Shown: positions 40,730 through 51,363, counted from the stretch's first letter. The stretch: DNA of 64,000 bases from Leptospira sp. (GCA_034439575.1 JAWXAQ010000030.1:64001-128000); one strand, 5' to 3'. The notes: generated by a model from the letters alone, not told the origin. A program made the numbers and translations.

Positions 40730-41438
40730 GATGATGGCAGTTAGGTGGTCTCTCACCGTCAGAGATTTTATAAAATTTTCCTTCATCTATTTCAAAAATT
40801 TCATCAAATCCATCTTTCCAATCATGATCCAAACTATGAGTTATAAAAAAGAAGGCTCTAGTTTTTGGAAATAAATATTCTTTCAGTACCACTTGGAATA
40901 AATCCCTAGATTTATGATCGAGTGAGTCCATAGGTTCATCCAAAAATATCAAATCGGCTTCAGTAAGAAGAGAACGTAAAATTAATACTCGCTGCAACTG
41001 ACCTCCACTACATTCGGAAATCTGTTTATTCAAATATTCGATTACTCCAGTTCTCTCAATCAATTCCATCTGTGCTTCTGAAAATTTATTCTTTGGAAAA
41101 AAACTTAAGCCAATATTTTTTGGCATGAGCAACACTTCTTGGACATTCAAAGGATAATCCAATCTCATTTTTTTTGCCTGAGGAACGTAGGAACAAGAAA
41201 TATGTTTTGAAAAGAATAAATTTCCCGAAAGTGGACTGAGTAAACCTGTCAAGGTTCGAAAAACAGTTGTTTTGCCAGCTCCATTCCCACCAACTAATGC
41301 ATATGTTTTGCCAGGGAGAATCGTAAAGGATATATCTGAAACCACCGGAAAACCTTTCCTGTAACCAACAGATAAATGATCCGTCTTTACAAAAAATTCA
41401 TCCGTAGAAAGTAAATTATTTTGTTTTATCTGCAGCAT
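40722..41438 (-). CDS. znuC: Zn/Mn ABC transporter ATPase (ZnuC-like)
   Basis: GGNGAGKTT, YVPQ, CSGGQLQRV, LDEP, ITH; C-terminal CHHHD. Confidence 0.85.
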   Translation of the reverse strand: MLQIKQNNLLSTDEFFVKTDHLSVGYRKGFPVVSDISFTILPGKTYALVGGNGAGKTTVFRTLTGLLSPLSGNLFFSKHISCSYVPQAKKMRLDYPLNVQEVLLMPKNIGLSFFPKNKFSEAQMELIERTGVIEYLNKQISECSGGQLQRVLILRSLLTEADLIFLDEPMDSLDHKSRDLFQVVLKEYLFPKTRAFFFITHSLDHDWKDGFDEIFEIDEGKFYKISDGERPPNCHHHD

Positions 41439-42348
41439 CTCTTATTTTCTGTAAGGAAATTTTCAATGAATCTTCATACGTTTGTGCATCAGCAGTCCCT
41501 CCGACAGAGACGGGTAAAACCACAACCATACTCCCTGGAACTTTGGAAGAAACATATTCTGCATACTTCTGATTATTGTATGGTCCAATCAGTATAATTT
41601 TGATTTTTTCTGCCAGCATATAGGAAACGACTTGGTCCATATAACGAACAGATGGTGGAACACCAGGTCTTTCTTCGATTGTCAAATTTGCATTGAATTT
41701 AAATCGTGAGGCTAAATAAATAAATTGATCATGGAATACGGCAACTTTTAAACCAAAATAAGGTTCCATCTTCTTTAATTCATCTTTTGTGAGTGTTATC
41801 AGCTTCTTTTTGAAGTTATTGAAATTCTCATCGTAATAATCACCATTCATTGGATCAATTCTAATTAACGCATTCTTTATGTTTTGTGCCATCTGAATCG
41901 CATTGATTGGATCATTCCAATAATGTGGATTTCCATAGATGTGCATATCACCCATAGACCTATCCATCATAACTGCAGGTTCGCCGAGAATTTTTATTCC
42001 GAAAGATGTATCGCAATACCCAGGTTGTCCTTTTTGAATTTTAACATTGCGGGATTGTTGTTGTAAGTAAGGGATCCAACCTACTTCCATATCCAATCCT
42101 ATCACACATAAAATGTCCGCTTCATTTAACTTTACTATGAAATCTGGTCTTGTCATTACAAAGTGTGGATCATCAGTTCCACGAATCATACCATACACAT
42201 CCGCTCTATCACCTGCGACCTGTTCTGCGATATATCGTATATCGGTAATACTTGCGACCAATGAAACTTTTGCTTGAATACTTTCTGTAAAACCAAATAG
42301 GCTAAAACAAAAAAATAATAGGTGAATTAAATATCTGAATTTTTTCAT
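41416..42348 (-). CDS. znuA: Zn/Mn ABC substrate-binding protein (ZnuA/TroA-like)
   Basis: DDPHF, GDMHIYGNPHYWNDP, VFHDQFIYL, EERPGVPPS; start 42348 or 42360. Confidence 0.88.
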   Translation of the reverse strand: MKKFRYLIHLLFFCFSLFGFTESIQAKVSLVASITDIRYIAEQVAGDRADVYGMIRGTDDPHFVMTRPDFIVKLNEADILCVIGLDMEVGWIPYLQQQSRNVKIQKGQPGYCDTSFGIKILGEPAVMMDRSMGDMHIYGNPHYWNDPINAIQMAQNIKNALIRIDPMNGDYYDENFNNFKKKLITLTKDELKKMEPYFGLKVAVFHDQFIYLASRFKFNANLTIEERPGVPPSVRYMDQVVSYMLAEKIKIILIGPYNNQKYAEYVSSKVPGSMVVVLPVSVGGTADAQTYEDSLKISLQKIRDAADKTK

Positions 42349-42365
42349 TTTATACCTCATCCAAT

Positions 42366-43721
42366 TTAATAACTATGCGCGGGGTGTGAACCTAAAATGG
42401 CAACTGTCTGAAAATAAATTCGATATTCTCGAACTTCTTGAAAATCTTCTTTCGAAAAATCTTGTATATAGCGCCGCTCTAGCGAACCACGAATTTTTCC
42501 AAATTCAGAACTATGAAAAGTCATTTGCAAGGATTGTGCTTCAATCGCATTTTTTGCTGGAGTGCCATCCTTGTTTGTCAAACTTTTATCTGTTAAATAA
42601 TCGTATCTAAATCCCGCAGACCATAGTTGATGAAATTTGTATTCGGCGAAAACATAATAGCCCCATTGGTCTTTTGAAGGAGTCTTTTTTGTGAGGTATG
42701 TAGTACTATCGATTGTGTCGGGAAATATTTCTTGTTGGTACCAAAACTCAGAAAGTAACATCACTTCCCGTAGATTAGATTGATTCCAGCGAAGTACACC
42801 ATCTAATCCGTATAGATATCTTTGGTTCCGTCGGTTTGTAGTAGGTTCAAATCGTACGCCAGAAAAACCAAACTGTGTTCCCCAATTGTTTCCAAAATAA
42901 TAAAAATGTTTGAGATGCAAATAACCCATAGGATTATTTTTTGCTTCACCTTCGGTATGAGTATGTCCCCACTTCTTTCCGTTAGTAGCACCTATGACCA
43001 ATTCTTGCGTAATTTTTTTCCATGGAAACAAAATGCTAAATTCAGCACCGGTATCCATAGCAGATTCCCAACCTATAAATTTTTCGTGAACAATAGGTGT
43101 CATAGTAAATGCACGATCATGGGAATGAATTTTATTTAAACGGCCAATATCTAAAAACATCTGGCCGACTTTAAGTGAGGTGTTAAATGGTAAAAATGGA
43201 AATTGGACCCAAGCTTCATGAACTTCATAATAATACTTTCCATTTTCACCGTGTGCAGCAGCTAAAAAATTACCACGTAACCACTGATCTACGGCACCAG
43301 AAAATCCAAATTCTGCAGTTCGAATATCCAGCTTATTATTGATACGCTCGCTAGTTCCGCGTGGTTTATTTCTATCCCAAGCACCTACGATGTCTATGGC
43401 GACAGAAACATCCATCATTAGATTCTGAGATGACCTATTGACTTGGTTATTTGATTGAACCGGAGAAGTAGTTCCTCGGGAACCCTCTGAACCTTTACTT
43501 CGATTTTCTTGATCTTTTAGGTCTTTTTCCAGTTCATCTTCCCAAGTATTTGTTTTACTGGCTGGACTTACTGATTGGGAAACTTTATTTTTCGGTTTAT
43601 TATCATCGTCTAACTCTGCTTCCCATTTCGAAGTTTGTGCAAGCAGTATAACAGAAAATAGAGTAAGGAGAATGAAACTCCCTACTCTTAAAAATTTGGA
43701 AAAGAAAAAAAAGACCATCAA
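42366..43721 (-). CDS. Putative outer-membrane beta-barrel of the metal-uptake operon
   Basis: Signal peptide, amphipathic strands, GRLNKIHSHD, GHTH, C-terminal LGSHPAHSY. Confidence 0.75.
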   Translation of the reverse strand: MMVFFFFSKFLRVGSFILLTLFSVILLAQTSKWEAELDDDNKPKNKVSQSVSPASKTNTWEDELEKDLKDQENRSKGSEGSRGTTSPVQSNNQVNRSSQNLMMDVSVAIDIVGAWDRNKPRGTSERINNKLDIRTAEFGFSGAVDQWLRGNFLAAAHGENGKYYYEVHEAWVQFPFLPFNTSLKVGQMFLDIGRLNKIHSHDRAFTMTPIVHEKFIGWESAMDTGAEFSILFPWKKITQELVIGATNGKKWGHTHTEGEAKNNPMGYLHLKHFYYFGNNWGTQFGFSGVRFEPTTNRRNQRYLYGLDGVLRWNQSNLREVMLLSEFWYQQEIFPDTIDSTTYLTKKTPSKDQWGYYVFAEYKFHQLWSAGFRYDYLTDKSLTNKDGTPAKNAIEAQSLQMTFHSSEFGKIRGSLERRYIQDFSKEDFQEVREYRIYFQTVAILGSHPAHSY

Positions 43722-43734
43722 TAATCTTCTTTGA

Positions 43735-44487
43735 TTATAGAATTGAACCAGCTATGCCAATATTCGTAGAATATATGTTAAGTGATTTGATCGTAGCTTT
43801 ATTAATTTTTAATGCAATGCGATCCCCTGAAAAGTCAAATCCAGAAAGAGATGCTTCTTCGAATCCATATGTTCCGCGGGTCACAGAAGAACATTCTCCT
43901 TCCCATCCAAATATATGAGCCCCATTTTCATTGTGCACCTCTAAACAAAGTGTTTTTTCTTGAGATAATGAAGACGCCCATGAGCCAGCTCTTCCGCCAA
44001 GTGATGATGTTGCCCCTGTTGCTAATTTCTTTTTAATTTCACTGGGTGTGATTTGAAATGTTGGACCCGAGAAGCTGGTCGTTGAAGGCAATATAACATC
44101 GATTGTAGAATCGCTCGCAGCCAATACATAAGTGATTTGAATGCTCGCTTTTTTCTCACCACCAGTGCTTGATAAACTTGAAGAATCTCTAATCAATGTT
44201 GATGTGTCACCAGTTCCGACGATCCCACCTAACAACTGAACATTGGATGCAGTAAATCCAGCTAATTTTAGGGCTGCAGCAGATGGGCCACTACACTGAG
44301 TAAAATCGAATCGCGTACCATTTGTAGGTTGAGCAGAAATGGATGTTCCCGCAGAACAAACAGCATTATTTGAAAGTGCCAAAAGAAGAGTTTCAGCTGT
44401 TTTATCTTCTTCTTCTTTTTGAAACAATTCAGCACAATTAAAAGTAAAAAGTAAGGTTATAGAAAAAAGTAATAAATTTTTAAACAT
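43735..44487 (-). CDS. Hypothetical lipoprotein, first gene of metal-uptake operon
   Basis: FTFN-C lipobox; VHNENGAHIFGW; AAGGAG RBS. Confidence 0.8.
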   Translation of the reverse strand: MFKNLLLFSITLLFTFNCAELFQKEEEDKTAETLLLALSNNAVCSAGTSISAQPTNGTRFDFTQCSGPSAAALKLAGFTASNVQLLGGIVGTGDTSTLIRDSSSLSSTGGEKKASIQITYVLAASDSTIDVILPSTTSFSGPTFQITPSEIKKKLATGATSSLGGRAGSWASSLSQEKTLCLEVHNENGAHIFGWEGECSSVTRGTYGFEEASLSGFDFSGDRIALKINKATIKSLNIYSTNIGIAGSIL

Positions 44488-44511
44488 AAATATCTCCTTT
44501 GGTCAGGTAAA

Positions 44512-44560
44512 CGCAACACAATTGCAAATGCAACAAAGTTTTATTTGCAACACTGTATTA
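44512..44560. promoter_or_regulatory. Triple Fur-family (Zur-like) operator, 17-bp period
   Basis: CGCAACacaATTGCA (44512), TGCAACaaaGTTTTA (44529), TGCAACactGTATTA (44546). Confidence 0.7.
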
Positions 44561-44582
44561 TTTAGAAAAATATTTTAGGTTT

Positions 44583-45584
44583 CTATGCCAACAAATATTT
44601 AGCGTTTTTGTATAGGATTTTTGCCTTGGCAGTATCGGAAATAGGCAAATTTAACAGATTACAAATGGGGTGTGAAACATTATAAGGAATGTTTGGAAAA
44701 TCAGAACCAAAAAAAATACGATCCTGGAACCTATCTAATAAAGGAATCGCAAAATCTGTATTTTCACCCGTAGCCAAAAAATCCACAAACACCATAGTGG
44801 TATCCAGATACAAATTGGAAAATTCCTCCAGTAGTGCCGCATAACCTTGAATTTCATGTGCACCCATATGAGCGATGATCACTTTCAGATTTGGATATTT
44901 CTTTATAAATGGATAAAAAAATTGTAAGCCTGTAAATTCTCCAGGTTTTGGAGCAGTGCCAGTATGTATAATGATGGGAATTTGACATTCTTGCAAATAA
45001 GAAAATGTCGGAGCTAATTCTCGTTCGTTGAGATCAAACTTACCTACTTCACAGTGAAGTTTGAATCCTTTAAATTCGTAAACTTCAACTGCTTTTTTCA
45101 CATAATTTAGAGTATCCGATTCAGGATAAAATGTCCCGAAGGGAATGGCTCCTATCCAATTTTTGTAATTATTAAATGTCCAATCGTTTAACCAGGATGC
45201 CATTTCCTTCTTATGAGCATAATTTAATGTTGTAAATTGGTAAATTTTATTTCTATGTAGAGATTCAATTCTATGTTCTTCCGAAAATCTGTAAGCGATC
45301 GGCCAATTCACCCCATCAAACCAACGCCAAATCAATTTCATTACAAATTCTGGAAAAAAATGTGTATGAATATCAATGATATGCGGAATATTCAACTTCT
45401 CTAATAAAGGAAGGTGAGGAGGAATGTCTTCATCTGTAATTGGAGGAAATGATGATTTATCTTTCCATTCAAAAGGAGATTTCAGACGAATGTCTGCTTG
45501 ATTAACAGTTAAAGGAAATTCATCCTTGTTCTGACCGAAGCAGGCAAAACAAGGATGAATCGATTCAAAAGGAGAAAATTCCAA
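44583..45584 (-). CDS. Amidohydrolase family protein (Amidohydro_2-like)
   Basis: IDIHTH, GFKLH, IIHTG, IAHMG, FGSDFP. Confidence 0.88.
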   Translation of the reverse strand: MEFSPFESIHPCFACFGQNKDEFPLTVNQADIRLKSPFEWKDKSSFPPITDEDIPPHLPLLEKLNIPHIIDIHTHFFPEFVMKLIWRWFDGVNWPIAYRFSEEHRIESLHRNKIYQFTTLNYAHKKEMASWLNDWTFNNYKNWIGAIPFGTFYPESDTLNYVKKAVEVYEFKGFKLHCEVGKFDLNERELAPTFSYLQECQIPIIIHTGTAPKPGEFTGLQFFYPFIKKYPNLKVIIAHMGAHEIQGYAALLEEFSNLYLDTTMVFVDFLATGENTDFAIPLLDRFQDRIFFGSDFPNIPYNVSHPICNLLNLPISDTAKAKILYKNAKYLLA

Positions 45585-45596
45585 TCGAATATTTTC

Positions 45597-47354
45597 TTAG
45601 GCGTGAACTAAAGTTTTTTTCTTTCCTCTAATTTTCGTTAGATTGGATTCAATAATCGCAGAACTATCTAATATATAGTTATTTGTTAAATTCTTTCTAT
45701 GTTCACGACGCTCGACTTTCGAACGGCCTATGCTTCTTTCCAGAAGTAAACTAACATGAAATCTGGCTGCGGATTCCACAACTTCAAATGCTAATTCATC
45801 TCTCAAACCACTTGTGTCGATTTCTGTGAATTCTTTGACTACTGTTTCAAACTTGGAAAATAAATCTTTCAATTCACTAGATACGGTAAATTGATTCATT
45901 TCTTCATTTAAATAGGCTCTAAAGATTCCTGACTCTGACATACCAGAAACAATACCACCAATGCAAGCAACAGTTTGTAATTGAGTGGTACCTTCGTAAA
46001 TATTCGTTATACGAACATCTCGAAAGATTCTCGCTACATCATAATCTTCTGTATATCCCGCTCCGCCGTGAATTTGTACTGCATCATAAGCTACAGTATT
46101 TGCGAGTTCTGTAATATAGTATTTTGAAAGAGGAGTGAATAAACCTGCAAGTTTTTCCCATTTTTTGAAAGATTCATCTTTTCGAATGTCTTTCTCTGAG
46201 ATACCATTCATTTTGCCTCGTTCTTCTTTCCATCGGTAAAGATCTACAGCACGACTTGCTTCATATAGAATACAACGCATACCAGCTACTTCGCGTTCCA
46301 TACGATCTAACATTTTTTTAACAGCAGGAATTTGTTCTATAGGTTTGCCGAATTGAATGCGCTCAGAGGCATATTTTTTTGCTTCAAAATAAGCGGCAGT
46401 TCCGATGCCCATGGCTTGTGCTGCAATATTTAACCTTGCTTGGTTCATCATGGCCATAGAATATTTTACAAGTCCTTTGCCCTCATCACCAATAAGGATA
46501 CCAGGACTATTTTCAAAAACCACTTCGCAAGTCGGAGAACAATGTAATCCCATTTTTTTCTCAATGGATGCTACAAATACATCCTTTGAGTGAACTAGGA
46601 AAAAGGAAAGTCCACGAGCGCCACTTGTTGTAGATCCAGTTCTTGCAAGTGTTAAGATGATTGATGGGATTTCGTTGAAACCACAAGCATGAGTTATGAA
46701 TCGTTTCGTTCCAGTGATGCGCCAAACACCATCTTCGCCTTTGATAGCTTTTGTCTGTAAATTTGGTAAATCTGAACCGTAATTAGGTTCCGTCAATGCC
46801 ATCGCCCCACACAATTCACCAGCGGCCATTTTAGGAACATATTCATGAATCATTTCATCAGTTCCAAATCTTTCAACAGTTTCGGCTAAATTCATACATC
46901 CGAGTGTAATGGCAAGTCCACCATCTGCACGAGACACTGCTTCAGATAACATTGATTGTACGACAGATGGTAATCCTAGACCACCATAGTGTCTGTGAAT
47001 TCCATAAGGTAATAGACCCGCTGATTTAATCTTATTAATTACATCCACCATTTCTTTTGGAAATGTAACTTTGCCATCTTTGTATTTTAATCCCTCTTCA
47101 TCCATAGTTTTGGCAACTTGGGAAATTTCTTTTCCAGAAATATCACCAGCAGCTTCCAAACTTTGACGGTAGTATTCGATAGCATCTTCATAATTTCCTG
47201 GCGCATACGCCAATTCTTCTTTTCCGTTTTTTTGGTATGTAGCAAAGTCAGAAAAATTATCTTCATACGCTTCAACGATTTCATTCCAATTCGTTATCGA
47301 ATCAAAATGATCTTTTAAATCTTCATTATCACTAAAATAATTATTTATAATCAT
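45597..47354 (-). CDS. Acyl-CoA dehydrogenase
   Basis: [36 protein letters not shown]. Confidence 0.95.
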   Translation of the reverse strand: MIINNYFSDNEDLKDHFDSITNWNEIVEAYEDNFSDFATYQKNGKEELAYAPGNYEDAIEYYRQSLEAAGDISGKEISQVAKTMDEEGLKYKDGKVTFPKEMVDVINKIKSAGLLPYGIHRHYGGLGLPSVVQSMLSEAVSRADGGLAITLGCMNLAETVERFGTDEMIHEYVPKMAAGELCGAMALTEPNYGSDLPNLQTKAIKGEDGVWRITGTKRFITHACGFNEIPSIILTLARTGSTTSGARGLSFFLVHSKDVFVASIEKKMGLHCSPTCEVVFENSPGILIGDEGKGLVKYSMAMMNQARLNIAAQAMGIGTAAYFEAKKYASERIQFGKPIEQIPAVKKMLDRMEREVAGMRCILYEASRAVDLYRWKEERGKMNGISEKDIRKDESFKKWEKLAGLFTPLSKYYITELANTVAYDAVQIHGGAGYTEDYDVARIFRDVRITNIYEGTTQLQTVACIGGIVSGMSESGIFRAYLNEEMNQFTVSSELKDLFSKFETVVKEFTEIDTSGLRDELAFEVVESAARFHVSLLLERSIGRSKVERREHRKNLTNNYILDSSAIIESNLTKIRGKKKTLVHA

Positions 47355-47442
47355 AAAACTCTCCTAAATAGAGTAAGGCTTTTATCAAATTTATCTTGAT
47401 TGCAATTGATAACAAACAAATTTTTTTGCGAAAATTGGTTCG

Positions 47443-48975
47443 TTATCTAATCTTTTCCGACTGTTCTGAAATTTCCTGAATCTGATCTTGAAGTGTTCGA
47501 GTGTTATTTGCCACCAATTGCACTGCGTCTTCAATACTTTGGGCGGCTCTCATTACTTCTTGGTTACCAAGACTTTGTTCTTTCGCGATAATTTCTAATT
47601 GAGAAGAAAGTTCTTTCAGTTCACGCTGTGAAGAAACGACTCGGGCATTAAGGTTTTGCATTTCAATGATTTTAGCATTAAATTTCTTTACACTATCTTC
47701 GATATGCTGAAGTTCTCTTTGTTGGTTGTCTGCCATCTCAGAGGCATTAGCTGCCGATCGATTTCCAATTTCTAAATCGGATCTAGATTTTAATATCGTC
47801 TTTGAAATAATACTCGCGTTATTTGCAGAATTTTCTGCCAATTTTGCAACTTCTTGCGCCACAACAGCAAAGCCTCTTCCATGTTCACCAGCCCGAGCCG
47901 CCTCAATAGATGCATTTAACGCGAGTAAGTTTGTTTGATCGGCGATTTCTTTCATGATTTGGTTTACATCTTCGACTTTTTGAAAGGAACCTCTCACTTC
48001 ACCAAACGCTGCATTAAGTGAAGACATGGAAGCTGTCACATCTGCACTAAAGCTAGATGATTGGTTGATTTGTGAACCAATTTTTTCTATTTGATTTCGG
48101 ACTTCTTGGACAATGGAATCCAATGTTACACTTTCTTCATTTAGTTTTTCTATTTTGTAATATTGGTCTTTTACAAATTGAGCAGAATTTTCTGTTGATT
48201 GGGAAATTTCTGTTAAGGAGGCGCTAATTTCTTCTATGGATGCTGCTTGTGATTGAATTTGCAAATTGAGTTCTTCGGTGAATGATTTAAGTGAAACTAC
48301 AGAAACATTTAATTTCTCTGCAATTTTTACCATATTTGCCTTTTGGTTCTCAACTATATTTGCATGTTCGTCTGATTTTGTTTTCGCATCCATAGCCTGA
48401 TCTCTAACGCTGATTAGGAGACCAACAATTTGACTCATAGCATAAGTTGCCATAAGTAAAAATATTACTTTTACGATTTCAATAGGAAGTGAAACTGCAT
48501 GGGCCAATTGGTGGGTGTCAGGTCTGTCGACAAATTGAATTCCCATTTTGTATGCAATGATTAATGCGAAGATATCCAATGTTGTTATCAGTGATCCTAT
48601 TAAAATGGTACACTTTTTTGAGAATAAAAATCCTGAATAAAGAATCACAAAAAAACAAATCGTATAATTGATGCCTAATTTTAAACTAGCAGCTGTGAGG
48701 TCAATGTCGATAATACTTTGGCCAATGACGCTGATGGAAGTAAGCAAGACATCTAATAAAAGAAAATAAAACGCATACGGTTCTTGACTTTTTCTAATTC
48801 GAAACCATTGAACAAATGCGGCTATACCATACATGACAGTGCAAAAAACCATGATGCTAAGTTGGTCAATTCGAAGTGAACCTAACGAAGATATGATTCC
48901 TAAGGTGTATATGACAAAAAGCATAATACGAATCGAATTAATCGTTTTTGCTGCGTTCTTTAGGTAATGATCCAT
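47443..48975 (-). CDS. Methyl-accepting chemotaxis protein with multi-TM N-terminus
   Basis: [33 protein letters not shown]. Confidence 0.95.
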   Translation of the reverse strand: MDHYLKNAAKTINSIRIMLFVIYTLGIISSLGSLRIDQLSIMVFCTVMYGIAAFVQWFRIRKSQEPYAFYFLLLDVLLTSISVIGQSIIDIDLTAASLKLGINYTICFFVILYSGFLFSKKCTILIGSLITTLDIFALIIAYKMGIQFVDRPDTHQLAHAVSLPIEIVKVIFLLMATYAMSQIVGLLISVRDQAMDAKTKSDEHANIVENQKANMVKIAEKLNVSVVSLKSFTEELNLQIQSQAASIEEISASLTEISQSTENSAQFVKDQYYKIEKLNEESVTLDSIVQEVRNQIEKIGSQINQSSSFSADVTASMSSLNAAFGEVRGSFQKVEDVNQIMKEIADQTNLLALNASIEAARAGEHGRGFAVVAQEVAKLAENSANNASIISKTILKSRSDLEIGNRSAANASEMADNQQRELQHIEDSVKKFNAKIIEMQNLNARVVSSQRELKELSSQLEIIAKEQSLGNQEVMRAAQSIEDAVQLVANNTRTLQDQIQEISEQSEKIR

Positions 48976-49050
48976 TCTTCATATTGGTTATAAAGTAAAC
49001 ATTCTGACAAGCGATTAGTCGTTTCCTAGATACATTCTGCCCAAGCGCAA

Positions 49051-49132
49051 TGCAACTAAGTTGCAAAAATTGTTTGACGAAAATTCATACAATTTCATAA
49101 TGCAACCAGATTGCGTTTGCAACATAATTGCA
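49051..49132. promoter_or_regulatory. Sigma70 promoter bracketed by three Zur-like TGCAAC-N3-RTTGCA boxes
   Basis: Boxes at 49051-49065 (perfect palindrome), 49101-49115 and 49118-49132; TTGACG (49074)-N16-CATAAT (49096). Confidence 0.75.
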
Positions 49133-49154
49133 AAGAAGGGAAACAGGTCGCATA

Positions 49155-49670
49155 ATGTATATATATTTAGGAGATAAAAAAATCAAAGTCTATGAGAATC
49201 ATCTTAAAAAAGGTGAACCATTGGATGTCAAATTTACCCTTCCCCCAGCGTATAACACGAAGAAATTTTTAAAGAAAAATGATATCAATAAGGGTCTTGT
49301 CATTTTATCAACTCTTCCGAATATCAAATCCAATGAATGTTCGACTCAAGTATTGGATTTGGAAACAGAAGTGAATGCCAGAAAATTAAATGCAAAAATA
49401 TTTCATATTGCTTGTGATTGTCCAAATCATTGGGATGAAGTAAAACAACTCCATCCATTCTTAAAAGCGAAAGGATATACTTTTGAATTGGCCAATCAAA
49501 ATGATATAGAAAATTTCAAACAAACATTAGGTGTTGGAGTCTATGGCTCTAAACGAATAGTCCATGGTCTTTTTGCTTTTTTGGATGGAAAACTATTATC
49601 TTCTTATATTCCAAAACAACAATATGGAACTCCGAATGTAAAAAAATTTCTAAATTCATTGGATATTTAA
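49155..49670 (+). CDS. Divergent thiol-peroxidase (Tpx/peroxiredoxin-fold) protein
   Basis: LSTLPNIKSNECSTQ aligns by eye with Tpx PSxDTxVC; IACDCP with SxDLP; RIVHGLFAFLDG with LARAVFVVD; start moved to ATG 49155. Confidence 0.65.
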   Translation: MYIYLGDKKIKVYENHLKKGEPLDVKFTLPPAYNTKKFLKKNDINKGLVILSTLPNIKSNECSTQVLDLETEVNARKLNAKIFHIACDCPNHWDEVKQLHPFLKAKGYTFELANQNDIENFKQTLGVGVYGSKRIVHGLFAFLDGKLLSSYIPKQQYGTPNVKKFLNSLDI

Positions 49671-49680
49671 CGAATATTAC

Positions 49681-49712
49681 AGCTTAATACATTGATGAAA
49701 ATGTATTAAGCT
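49681..49712. terminator. Hairpin between convergent genes
   Basis: AGCTTAATACATT-gatgaa-AATGTATTAAGCT, 13-bp stem. Confidence 0.65.
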
Positions 49713-49721
49713 TGATTCTAA

Positions 49722-51293
49722 TTATTTATTTTTATTTCGCCAATTGTTCCATTCTGATTTTGTTCTGAAATGTTCACCTGTTATTGCAGTTAACGCATAG
49801 TAGGTGATTTTTCTTTTATCCGCATTATCTGAATTTAGAATTTCAAAAAGTAAAGGTAAGGATTCTTTGTTTTTTAATTTCGCGATTTCTTCTAGTGCTG
49901 GTCTAAAAACATCAGGATCGTTTGATTTTGCATACTTCTCGATGACAATTCTTGCAGAATCATTTTTAATTTGGCCTATGGCGGATAAAATTTGAGGAGC
50001 CATCTTTGGTCGATTTGACATAAACGCTTCAAGAGTAGCGAGAGAACTAACTTCCGCTATCGCACCTATCGCTTCCAATGCAAAAGAAACAAGTTTCGGA
50101 TCTGAATCATTTAAGGCAGCTTCCAAATCGGGAAGCGCTTCTTTGGCTCCTAAAATTCCAAGTGACCATGCCGAGCCATATCGTCCTTCTTTAGATTTTG
50201 AAGTTAGAACTTTCCGTAAAACAGGGATAGATCCTTTATCACCTAACCAACCAAGGGCTTCGGCAAACAAATCTCTTTCGGGAGTAGACTCAAGGATTAA
50301 CATTTGTTCTATTTTTTCTCTTCCTGGTTTATACTTTTGACGCCCTACGATTTTTGCAGCACTACCCCAGGCAAATTTTTTGTCAGAATTTAAAAAGCCA
50401 AGTGCCTTTTCTCCTGCCTCAAGAGAAGGGATTTCTGACAGAACATCAGTTACATACATTCGAGTTTCAGATTCATCGATGGCGAGAAGTGGAAATACTA
50501 AGGATATTGCTTTTTTATCTCCAATTTCTATCAGAGCTTGTGATGCATTTTCTTTGCCTTTGGAATAAGGGTGTTTCAAAGCACGAACTAGGATTTCTAC
50601 AGCTTTATAGCTTTTGATCCGGCCTAGAGCTAAGTAAGCTGCCGCTAAGGTCGGACTCTCATCTTGAACATCGGTTAATTTTATAAGGTATGATTCAGCC
50701 GATTTAACTTTAAGTTTACCCATTGCCATGGCAAAATTTTTATCTTTCTCGCGATCTTTATTTTTTAAAGCTAGCGCGAGTATAGCAGATCCTTGGCTTT
50801 GCGCATTGATTTGAACTAATGTATCTACGGCAATTAAGCGAAGTGTGGCATCTTCTGAATTCAAAAGAGGTGTTATGTGGGAGCCTGCACTTGGATCTTT
50901 CATTCTTGCCAATGCGTCTAAATAAACTTCTTTCGGATTTTCTTTATCCGATCCAAGTAACAAAGCGATAGTTTCGGTTGATTTTTTATCCGATAACTCT
51001 CCGAGCGCAATTGCAGCCCCAGCTCGCACACCTGGCTCTTTATCTTTTAAAAAGGATCTTAGTTTGGGGATACTTGCTTTTTCCTTTCGACTGCCTAATT
51101 GGATGGTGGCTTGAGAACGTATAAATACATCTTGGGAATCTAATTGTTTTAAAAGTTCTGCGCTTGAAATTTCTTCTTCGTTCATTTCTTCTGGAACCGA
51201 ATTTTGTGGTTCAGGTTTTGGTTCACAGTTTATCATAGTAAATGTGCTTAGTGCGAGAGAAAGTACCAAAAGAATTTTTATTTGTTCATTCAT
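49722..51293 (-). CDS. HEAT/PBS-repeat lipoprotein
   Basis: Repeated VRxxAAxALG units; MIN-C lipobox; start moved to ATG 51293. Confidence 0.88.
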   Translation of the reverse strand: MNEQIKILLVLSLALSTFTMINCEPKPEPQNSVPEEMNEEEISSAELLKQLDSQDVFIRSQATIQLGSRKEKASIPKLRSFLKDKEPGVRAGAAIALGELSDKKSTETIALLLGSDKENPKEVYLDALARMKDPSAGSHITPLLNSEDATLRLIAVDTLVQINAQSQGSAILALALKNKDREKDKNFAMAMGKLKVKSAESYLIKLTDVQDESPTLAAAYLALGRIKSYKAVEILVRALKHPYSKGKENASQALIEIGDKKAISLVFPLLAIDESETRMYVTDVLSEIPSLEAGEKALGFLNSDKKFAWGSAAKIVGRQKYKPGREKIEQMLILESTPERDLFAEALGWLGDKGSIPVLRKVLTSKSKEGRYGSAWSLGILGAKEALPDLEAALNDSDPKLVSFALEAIGAIAEVSSLATLEAFMSNRPKMAPQILSAIGQIKNDSARIVIEKYAKSNDPDVFRPALEEIAKLKNKESLPLLFEILNSDNADKRKITYYALTAITGEHFRTKSEWNNWRNKNK

Positions 51294-51363
51294 AAACTTA
51301 TCTAAATGATAAAACGTAGGTTTGATTTGTAAATTCCAATAATCAAAAGATATTGTTTGGCTC

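Noticed and set aside
49128-49154. TTG start for the Tpx-like gene
   Set aside because: Lies within an operator box; ATG 49155 has a purine-rich upstream sequence
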